This document shows, piece after piece, positions 1 to 7,337 of a stretch of 63,909 nt of DNA (position 1 is its first letter; every line of letters begins with the position of its first letter). The notes beneath the pieces are model-generated. The model had not been told where the DNA came from, ran no database searches, and saw only the letters and a program-made list of their open reading frames with translations. The stretch spans positions 121,101-185,009 of the forward strand of contig PCWN01000011.1 of assembly GCA_002787355.1 (NCBI GenBank), in the 5' to 3' direction. The translations under genes and the position numbers were made by a program. The stretch comes from Candidatus Magasanikbacteria bacterium CG11_big_fil_rev_8_21_14_0_20_39_34. GTDB lineage: Bacteria; Patescibacteriota; Patescibacteriia; Magasanikbacterales; UBA922.

Positions 1-1
1 T

Positions 2-571
2 CAACAGATTCGGCATACATTTATCCCCGAGTCAATTTTCCTTCATTTTTTAGAGAAAAGACGGGGACTTTTAGATGGGATCGTTATAACGGGGGGAGAG
101 CCAACTCTTATGGGGGATCTTTTACCATTTATGAAAAAAATAAAAGAAATGGGTTTTCTTGTGAAGCTTGATAGTAATGGGAATAGACCGGAAATTTTAT
201 CTGAGGCAATTGAAAAAAATCTTGTGGACTATATTGCCATGGATCTCAAGACAAATTTTGCAGGGTATAAAAATTTAGTTGGGAAGCTTGTAAGAACGGA
301 AAAAATTGCAGAAAGTATAAATCTTATAATGCGAAGTGGAGTAGATTATGAATTTCGTACGACATTGGTAGATGAGATTCACTCAAAAGAGGTTATGGAA
401 GATATGAGAAGTATGATACGGGGTGCAAAAAGATTATATCTTCAACAATTTAGAAAAGAAAAAACATTGGATCCTCGTTTTGAATCGTTTCAAGCATTTT
501 CTTCGGAACGATTAAAGGAAACGATAGCATTTTTTTCTGAAGATATTGAAAGTGTAGACATTAGGTTATAG
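2..571 (+). CDS. nrdG: Radical-SAM activating enzyme, C-terminal part (anaerobic ribonucleotide reductase / PFL activase-like); the 5' end lies outside the window
   Basis: The frame is open from base 2 (QQIRHTF...). The motifs GIVITGGEPTL, KLDSNGNRPE and VDYIAMDLK match the class III RNR activase-type radical SAM family. Confidence 0.6.
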   Translation, partial: QQIRHTFIPESIFLHFLEKRRGLLDGIVITGGEPTLMGDLLPFMKKIKEMGFLVKLDSNGNRPEILSEAIEKNLVDYIAMDLKTNFAGYKNLVGKLVRTEKIAESINLIMRSGVDYEFRTTLVDEIHSKEVMEDMRSMIRGAKRLYLQQFRKEKTLDPRFESFQAFSSERLKETIAFFSEDIESVDIRL

Positions 572-626
572 TCTTTCATGTTTTCATATGTTATACTGAG
601 GGTAATAACTTTTTACGAACGCATTT

Positions 627-2804
627 ATGAAAAAATTTGTTTTTTTAGGGATTATCTTTGGGATAAGTTTTTTTTGGTTTTCCGTTGGAAATGCAGCTTC
701 TTGCCAATTGACGGTAGGAAATGTTTATAAAGTAAAGGGAAGTCCTTCGGTATACTATGTATCGGAAGGTTGTAAAAAACGTCCTATTCGAAGTGGTGAT
801 GTTTTCTTTAGCTATTTCACAGCTTGGTCTGAAGTTATCACAACTACTCAAGATAAACTTAAAGCGGTTCCAGATCATGAATTAGGTTTTTTGCCTTGGG
901 GGCCAAAGCGAGAATTTCAAAACGGTTCTCTTGTAAAGACCACCGATGATGGAAAAGTCTATCTTTATGTAAATGGTGAGTTAAAACCTATTGCGGATGC
1001 TGCTGCTTTTTCTGCGCAGGGTTTAAAATGGGAGTGGATAGAAGATGTTGCACCAGAAGTTGTTGCGAAATTTAAAAAGGCACAAGAACTTACCAAAGAT
1101 TCCGATCTCCCAAAATCTACAGTATTCAAGTACGATGATTCTGCGGATGTGTATGTTCTCGATGAAGAAAATGGTCAAAAAGTAAAACGCCATATACAAA
1201 GTATTGATGAACTCAAAAAACTGTATAGACTTGATAGAATTTTGGTAATCTCACGCGATAAAGCTTTTCAGAATGGTTTGGTTTTAAACCCACAGGATAC
1301 AACAGACAACACTGAGGTAACTCCTCGCCCGGGGGTTGGCCCGATAGCTTTGCCAATTGATGTAAAAAGGGTTTCAGATATAAGGAGCATTCAGGAGGCA
1401 TTGAAACTTTTTTATGCAGATCATGGTTATTATCCTGAAGGAAAAGGTACATTTGATGGAATGCTTATGACTTCACTTTGTGAGGATGGTTTCTCTGATT
1501 TGTGTCGATCAAAAACTGTTTACATGAAAAGTTTTCCAAGAGATCCGGGAAAATTTGCGTACGAATTTGAAAATTTTACCGGAAAAAGTTATACCATAAC
1601 GTTTCAGATTGAGAGCCCCGTTGGAAATTTAAAGGCAGGAACTATTGTCGCTACTCCAGAGGGAATGAAGACCATCAAACAAATGGAAACCATGAAAGAT
1701 ACGTCTTCTTCTGATAAAAGTGGGGGCTATGTTTCTTGTGCACCTGATTTGAAAACTGGTGATGCAGATATTGAGCTTTGTAAAGGATATATTTTTCACC
1801 ATATTCCATCAAATATTGATATAACGGTACGAGGATTTGATCAGAACAAATTGGATATACACATGGTAAAGCATAAGGATAATGGGAAGACGGTAGATTT
1901 TAATTGGACTTTATACAAAGGGGAAAAAAGATCTATAACTTTTTTTGATAATGCTGGAACACTTTTTGAGTTAACCTATAAGGGACAAGAACTCATGGTG
2001 AAGGGGCGAGGAATTATTCCTCTTCTCAATATCAAATCAGTGGTAACAGAAAAGCATGTTTCAACTGACGCGGATTTAGTTCCTGTAGATCCGCAAAGTG
2101 ATGTAGCTATCCCACCATCGGCAGAGAAGCTTCCTTGTAAAAATGCAGATTCCTATGGGGCACTCTATGATGACATGAATATTCATTTGTGTCCGCTACA
2201 GTCTTGGCATCAACTTCAAGGAAAGTTTGCCATACAGTATGTAGACATGGATACGGTACTTGAGACCATAAAACTTAAGGTTTTCGGTATGGATGGCGAT
2301 GATCCTGCTGCGGGAAGATTGGTAACCTTAAAGCTACATGAAGGAACTTCTTTCATGATTGGTTCGGTAGAAGGAAAGCCATATCATATTGCTCTGTATT
2401 TTGCAGGAGAAGGTTTTTACATGAATGAAGCATTCTTTCGTATGAGTGTTATTCCGGAAGATGGAACGAAACGCTGTTATACGGAACACAAATATGAGGC
2501 TTTGGGTGAAGAAGATACTTTTGTAGATATCTGTGTGGGACAAATTCTTGGAATGCTGCATGGGAACTTTCGTATGAAATTGATTTCTGTTCGTCCGGGT
2601 GGAGAAGTTACGCTCAATGTCTCTCGAGTAAAAGAGTATAATTGGAATGATGGGCAGGATCTTATTCTCCAGCCAGGAAATAGTTATGAACTTACTACTA
2701 CTGATGCTGTGCGCAGTGAGTTTGCGTATAAAATATCCTTGGTGTATAAGTACCAGAATGCAGACGGAAATCCCGTATTTGCTCTTAAGGCAGAAAAATT
2801 ATAA
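627..2804 (+). CDS. Secreted multidomain protein: signal peptide, N-terminal repeats, an internal pilin-like globular module, and three C-terminal Cys-loop repeats
   Basis: N-terminus MKKFVFLGIIFGISFFWFSVGNA is signal-like. VSDIRSIQEALKLFYADHGYYPEG...FPRDPG..YTITFQIE resembles the globular part of GspG/type IV pilin-like proteins. Three repeats of about 110 aa start CAPDLKTGDADIELC, CKNADSYGALYDDMNIHLC and CYTEHKYEALGEEDTFVDIC. Confidence 0.7.
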   Translation: MKKFVFLGIIFGISFFWFSVGNAASCQLTVGNVYKVKGSPSVYYVSEGCKKRPIRSGDVFFSYFTAWSEVITTTQDKLKAVPDHELGFLPWGPKREFQNGSLVKTTDDGKVYLYVNGELKPIADAAAFSAQGLKWEWIEDVAPEVVAKFKKAQELTKDSDLPKSTVFKYDDSADVYVLDEENGQKVKRHIQSIDELKKLYRLDRILVISRDKAFQNGLVLNPQDTTDNTEVTPRPGVGPIALPIDVKRVSDIRSIQEALKLFYADHGYYPEGKGTFDGMLMTSLCEDGFSDLCRSKTVYMKSFPRDPGKFAYEFENFTGKSYTITFQIESPVGNLKAGTIVATPEGMKTIKQMETMKDTSSSDKSGGYVSCAPDLKTGDADIELCKGYIFHHIPSNIDITVRGFDQNKLDIHMVKHKDNGKTVDFNWTLYKGEKRSITFFDNAGTLFELTYKGQELMVKGRGIIPLLNIKSVVTEKHVSTDADLVPVDPQSDVAIPPSAEKLPCKNADSYGALYDDMNIHLCPLQSWHQLQGKFAIQYVDMDTVLETIKLKVFGMDGDDPAAGRLVTLKLHEGTSFMIGSVEGKPYHIALYFAGEGFYMNEAFFRMSVIPEDGTKRCYTEHKYEALGEEDTFVDICVGQILGMLHGNFRMKLISVRPGGEVTLNVSRVKEYNWNDGQDLILQPGNSYELTTTDAVRSEFAYKISLVYKYQNADGNPVFALKAEKL

Positions 2805-2829
2805 AAATTGCTTATTTAAGCCAAAAAAT

Positions 2830-2861
2830 AAAAACTCCAAGCGTATCTTGGAGTTTTTTTT
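2830..2861 (+). terminator. Intrinsic terminator after the 627-2804 gene
   Basis: Stem aaaactccaag / cttggagtttt with a 5-nt loop, followed by a T-run. Confidence 0.8.
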
Positions 2862-2890
2862 ATAATTATATGTCCATTTCGTTGCTCTAC

Positions 2891-2918
2891 TTGACAATAT
2901 CTCATTTTGTGCTAGAAT
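2891..2918 (+). promoter_or_regulatory. Sigma70-type promoter with extended -10
   Basis: TTGACA (2891-2896), 16-nt spacer ending in TGc, then TAGAAT (2913-2918). Confidence 0.6.
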
Positions 2919-2924
2919 GCATTG

Positions 2925-3106
2925 TTAAATAAAAAATATGAATAGAAACTATCATCGCCACACAAAGGTACAGATTCTCTCTTGCATGGATATGCATTTT
3001 AGAGCTTATTTTTGCTTGCTTGGCTGCGGCGATGTTCATTTTCGTGATTAACTCTCTCGTAAAATAAAAAATCGTCTTGGCGAGGTAAGCCAAGACGATT
3101 TTTTGT
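2925..3106 (+). promoter_or_regulatory. Orphan leader or small RNA of about 180 nt, ending in a strong intrinsic terminator directly upstream of the MFS gene
   Basis: Lies between the promoter at 2891-2918 and the terminator atcgtcttggc / gccaagacgat (3071-3099) plus T-run. Long-range pairing catcgcc ... ggcgatg. There is no SD-preceded ORF. The MFS ATG is at 3150. Confidence 0.45.
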
Positions 3107-3149
3107 TTTGGAAAAACCTCGAAGAGGCCCTTTTTCACGGGAGAGGAAC

Positions 3150-4325
3150 ATGCATAGGACGATTCGTGTTTTCTTGGGTTTGAGTTTCCTGTTTTACTTT
3201 GGGATATCTCTGACCACCACCACCTACAGTCTCTTTCTCCTTTCAAATGGTCTGGACATGTTGGAGGTGAATCTGGTCAACACCATCTTTCACCTCAGTT
3301 TCTTTTTCTTGGAGATCCCAACGGGAGTGGTTGCAGACATCTTTGGTCGAAAGGTGTCCTATCTCATTTCCATTTTCCTTTGGGGAGTCACTGCCTTCGT
3401 TTATGCGAGTAGCGATACGTTTTGGGGCTTTGCATTGGCAGAGTTTCTTGCGGCCATTGCGGGTACTTGCGCCTCGGGTGCCTTTGATGCGTGGGCTATT
3501 GATCGTCTCTCAAACGAGGGATACAAGGGAAGCCTGAGCCAGCTCCTTGGACAAAAGAACAAACTTAAATCGCTGGCAATGCTCCTTGGAGGTGTACTTG
3601 GGGGATACCTCGGGAGCGTGAATCTTGCGCTTCCATGGATGGTTCTTGGGGCGTTCATGTTCTTCAAGGTTCTTCTTACCTTCTTTTTCATGCAGGAAGA
3701 GTGGGAAAAGAAAGACAAAGAGTTCCATCTTTGGAGGAGTCTTAAAGAAACTCTGCGCGCCTCTGCGGTATACATTCGTAAATCGCAGAGTTTCCGGCAG
3801 GTCATTCTTTGGGATGCGGCATTTGTCTTTGCGCTCCAAGCGGCAAATATGCAGTGGCAGCCATTCTTTCTCCACATGCTTTCGAGTCTAGAGCTGTTAA
3901 GCTTTGTGAAAGCAGGAATTGCCATAAGCCTTTTTCTGGGGGCGGAGCTGCTGGTGCGTCTGAAGGGAAGGATCCCTGCGCGACGGTTAATTCCGGCACT
4001 CCTCTTTGGCATTGGCAGCTTGGTTGCACTGTGTACGTTGAGTCTTGGGTGGGTGTTTTCTCTGAGTACTTTCATGGTGCATGAATTGCTTCGAGGAATG
4101 TACTATCCTGCACTCATGGCATACTTGAACGAAGATATGCCGGCCAAACAGCGAGCAACCATAAACTCCGTAGCATCAATGATCCGAGGTCTCTTTGGAG
4201 CCTTGGGCTTGGTCTTTTCTGGAGTGTGCGCAAAGCACCTTGGAATTTCGTCCACATGGATGATCTCCGGGGGGATACTTGCATTGCTTGGCCTCTTCTT
4301 TTTGAAGCGTAAACCCACCATATAG
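3150..4325 (+). CDS. MFS transporter
   Basis: About 12 hydrophobic segments and a DIFGRK-type loop motif after TM2. ATG 3150 is preceded by GGGAGAGG. Composition is clearly GC-richer than the flanks. Confidence 0.8.
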   Translation: MHRTIRVFLGLSFLFYFGISLTTTTYSLFLLSNGLDMLEVNLVNTIFHLSFFFLEIPTGVVADIFGRKVSYLISIFLWGVTAFVYASSDTFWGFALAEFLAAIAGTCASGAFDAWAIDRLSNEGYKGSLSQLLGQKNKLKSLAMLLGGVLGGYLGSVNLALPWMVLGAFMFFKVLLTFFFMQEEWEKKDKEFHLWRSLKETLRASAVYIRKSQSFRQVILWDAAFVFALQAANMQWQPFFLHMLSSLELLSFVKAGIAISLFLGAELLVRLKGRIPARRLIPALLFGIGSLVALCTLSLGWVFSLSTFMVHELLRGMYYPALMAYLNEDMPAKQRATINSVASMIRGLFGALGLVFSGVCAKHLGISSTWMISGGILALLGLFFLKRKPTI

Positions 4326-4465
4326 GGGCAAGGAAAATTTTCTTGCCCCACAAATACTCCTTGATATGGGTATTTTTTTTTGCTATGATACGGGATATTA
4401 GTATCTTGAAGAAACAATTAATTTTCAAGAAAGATATCTATTTTATTCAAATGAGTCTATTTCAT

Positions 4466-5758
4466 ATGATAGCCTTGATAAAACAAGTTTCGAATTTTGT
4501 AGGAGAAGAAGTTACTGTGCGGGGGTGGCTGTATAATTTTCGTTGTTCTGGAAAGATTGCTTTTTTGGAACTTCGCGATGGAAGTGGTTTTTTGCAGGCA
4601 GTGGCTTCAAAGGAGGAAGTAGGGGAAGAGATGTTTGATACCATTGGAAAATTGACTCAGGAATCATCTATCATAGTTACGGGTACTATTGTTGCTCATC
4701 CAAAACAAGAAGGCGTTTTTGAAATGCAAGTTTCGAACATTAAAGTTGTTCAAATTGCTCAAGAGTATCCTATTACCAAAAAAGAACATGGACCAGATTT
4801 TTTGTTGAATAACAGACATCTCTGGCTCCGAAGTAAAAAGCAGTGGGCTATTCAGAGGGTTCGTGATGTTGTGATCATGGCAATGTATGAGTACTACCAT
4901 AGTTTGGAGTATATCAAGATTGATACGCCAATTATCACCCCAAATGCATGTGAAGATGCAACAGAGCTTTTTGAAATAGAATACTTTGATGAAGGAAAAG
5001 CATTTTTATCACAATCTGGACAACTTTATTTGGAGGCGGCTGTGATGTCAGTTGGCCGTGCTTTTGACTTTGGACCTACATTTCGTGCAGAAAAAAGTAA
5101 AACTCGTCGTCACCTTACAGAATTTTGGATGCTTGATGCAGAAGCTGCATATGTTGAGCATGAAGAAAACATGAAAATTCAAGAAAACCTTATTTGTTTT
5201 GTGGTAAAGAGGTGCTTGGAGCACTGTGCAACTGAGCTTGCGATACTTGAACGAGATCTTGAACCATTGAAAAAAATTCAGGCTCCATTTATTCGACTTA
5301 CCTACACAGAGGCAATTGATAAACTGCAGCAGCTTGGAAGTGATATTCGTTTTGGAGATGATTTGGGGAATGATGATGAAGGTCTCTTAACACAAAATGA
5401 AGAGGTACCAGTATTTATTCATAAGTGGCCCAAGAAAATTAAACCTTTTTATATGAAGACCGATCCGGAAAATCCAGATTTGGTTTTAAATAATGATTTG
5501 ATTGGTATTGAAGGTGCTGGGGAAATTATTGGAGGCTCGCAGCGTGAGGATGATTATGATATACTCAAAGCGAGGATCCAGGAAATGGGATTTGTTGGTG
5601 AAGAATATGAGTGGTACTTGGATCTTCGAAAGTATGGAAGTGTCCCACACTCCGGTTATGGTGTAGGATTGGAGAGAGTGGTTCGTTGGATCTGCGGTGT
5701 GGAACATATTCGTGAAACAATTCCGTATCCTCGAATGATTAGTCGGTTAAAACCATAG
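4466..5758 (+). CDS. asnS: Asparagine--tRNA ligase (archaeal/compact type)
   Basis: Class IIb OB fold (VTVRGWLYNFR..GKIAFLELRDGSG). Motif 2 is FRAEKSKTRRHLTEFWMLDAE and motif 3 is GYGVGLERVVRWICG. The start is ambiguous between 4451 and 4466; the 4343 extension is unlikely. Confidence 0.85.
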   Translation: MIALIKQVSNFVGEEVTVRGWLYNFRCSGKIAFLELRDGSGFLQAVASKEEVGEEMFDTIGKLTQESSIIVTGTIVAHPKQEGVFEMQVSNIKVVQIAQEYPITKKEHGPDFLLNNRHLWLRSKKQWAIQRVRDVVIMAMYEYYHSLEYIKIDTPIITPNACEDATELFEIEYFDEGKAFLSQSGQLYLEAAVMSVGRAFDFGPTFRAEKSKTRRHLTEFWMLDAEAAYVEHEENMKIQENLICFVVKRCLEHCATELAILERDLEPLKKIQAPFIRLTYTEAIDKLQQLGSDIRFGDDLGNDDEGLLTQNEEVPVFIHKWPKKIKPFYMKTDPENPDLVLNNDLIGIEGAGEIIGGSQREDDYDILKARIQEMGFVGEEYEWYLDLRKYGSVPHSGYGVGLERVVRWICGVEHIRETIPYPRMISRLKP

Positions 5759-5760
5759 AT

Positions 5761-6600
5761 GTGAATTCATCATGTTACAAGTGGTATGAAAAGAAAAGAG
5801 GAAAAAAATTTATTTTCCTCTTTCTTTTTGTTGTTCTTTTTTTTCCAACGAATATATTTGCACAAATAGTTGATTCTTCAGTAGATATTCGAGGTAATGA
5901 ATCCTCAACATTTCTTGATACACAGAGGATTATACCAACACTTTTTGGGAGAAGTTTAGCTGGAAGTGATAAATTGAACTTTTATTATTTTTCTGTATCA
6001 AGTGTTGGAAAAGATACCCTAAATATGCATTGGAAAACGGAACGTCCAGGGAAGGCGTATATTCTCATCCATGATTCACAGACACTTCAAGATGAAAGTT
6101 TTGTAACAAAGGATGCTGCATTGGAACATTCCATAGATTTACCCATAGCAAATTTAAAAACAGCTACCTACCAAATAGCTTTTTTAGAAGATGAAAGTAA
6201 ACAGGTAGTTGAGACGCTTCCGTTTTCCCTCCAGAAAAATAAACAGGACCTTATTTTGAAGAGTTTATCGGAGGAAAATAGTGAATGGGAAGAGGGGGTA
6301 ACGCTTCATCCGGAGGTTTCTGAAAAAACTGAGTTTGTTGATTCATGGAGCAAAATAGATTCCAATACACTTCCTCTTTTGAGTGCTTTTTCAAAATTTT
6401 CACATGCAGACAAACAAGGTAGAGAAAGAAAAGGGAAAGAATTGTATTCAAGTGGAGACGATTTTTATTTTGAATTCAGTTTTATGAAGTTGTGGGTGAC
6501 CCTATTTTCTTATAACACTTATACTTTGGTTCCATTATTGGGGGTGAATTCTTTATTTCAAGCGTTGATTTCATTTATCCTCCCTATTTTTCTTTGGTAA
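5761..6600 (+). CDS. Hypothetical secreted/membrane protein
   Basis: N-terminal hydrophobic segment FIFLFLFVVLFFPTNIFA and a C-terminal hydrophobic tail. GTG start in the ORF track. No recognisable domain. Confidence 0.5.
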   Translation: MNSSCYKWYEKKRGKKFIFLFLFVVLFFPTNIFAQIVDSSVDIRGNESSTFLDTQRIIPTLFGRSLAGSDKLNFYYFSVSSVGKDTLNMHWKTERPGKAYILIHDSQTLQDESFVTKDAALEHSIDLPIANLKTATYQIAFLEDESKQVVETLPFSLQKNKQDLILKSLSEENSEWEEGVTLHPEVSEKTEFVDSWSKIDSNTLPLLSAFSKFSHADKQGRERKGKELYSSGDDFYFEFSFMKLWVTLFSYNTYTLVPLLGVNSLFQALISFILPIFLW

Positions 6601-6649
6601 GTTATTAATACGTGATATAATAGTGTAACAGGGGAAATGATATTAAAAT

Positions 6650-7330
6650 ATGCTTTCTCATTTGGAGGTAAAAAAACATTGGATTTTGGGTACAACACTG
6701 GTCCTGTTTTTTGTGTTTGGTTTTCACTTTGATGTATGGGGTGAAACAACGGATGCATCCGTTGATGTAATAACAACAACAAGCACTCCAGTCATTATTC
6801 AATGGGCTGTTCCTCAAAACCGAGTAGGAGATCCAGGGACCAATGATGATATGTTATTTTATCTTACCGTGCGTACTGCAAGTAATGCCGATGATGTCAT
6901 TTTATATACTCAAACCGATTTGGCTACCACAACTGAGGCAGGTACCTATGAAACGCCTATTTTACTTCAAGGAATTTCACCGGGGACCTATGATATAGGG
7001 ATAAAAGGTGGAGCTCAGTTGACGCAAATTTTAAATAATGTGGTACTTGGGGAGACCACAACCACACTTAATTTTACACAAGCAGATAATAGTTCATTGA
7101 AAGGAACCCGGGTTCTTCTTTCTGGGGATGTAAGTGGAGATGCAACCAGTCCGGCAACATTGGGGGATGATGTAGTAAATTCTGTGGATATATCGTTGCT
7201 GATCGATGCCCTTGATGATACTGATGCCACAGGGAATGGAATACGTTCCAATTTAAATCAGGACTCAGCGGTGAATTCGGTAGATCTCAGTATTATGTTG
7301 GACAACCTTGATGCTGAAGGAGATAACTAA
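6650..7330 (+). CDS. Secreted protein with C-terminal dockerin-like duplicated Ca-binding repeats
   Basis: Signal-like N-terminus. SGDVSGDATSPATLGDDVVNSVDISLLIDAL and NLNQDSAVNSVDLSIMLDNL match the two-segment dockerin pattern (D.N.D..vn..D...l...l). Confidence 0.7.
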   Translation: MLSHLEVKKHWILGTTLVLFFVFGFHFDVWGETTDASVDVITTTSTPVIIQWAVPQNRVGDPGTNDDMLFYLTVRTASNADDVILYTQTDLATTTEAGTYETPILLQGISPGTYDIGIKGGAQLTQILNNVVLGETTTTLNFTQADNSSLKGTRVLLSGDVSGDATSPATLGDDVVNSVDISLLIDALDDTDATGNGIRSNLNQDSAVNSVDLSIMLDNLDAEGDN

Positions 7331-7337
7331 AAGTATC

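Noticed and set aside
2925-3106. Fluoride (crcB-motif) riboswitch in the leader upstream of the MFS gene
   Set aside because: Only the string GGCGAUG resembles the start of the motif. The partner strand, the pseudoknot and the conserved 3' CUAAUGA..CCUAC-like segment are absent.
3401-4428. Multiple 60-224-aa ORFs antisense to or out of frame with the MFS gene
   Set aside because: They overlap a convincing 12-TM transporter frame. They have Arg/Ser/Pro-rich, low-complexity translations. They are the expected by-product of locally raised GC.
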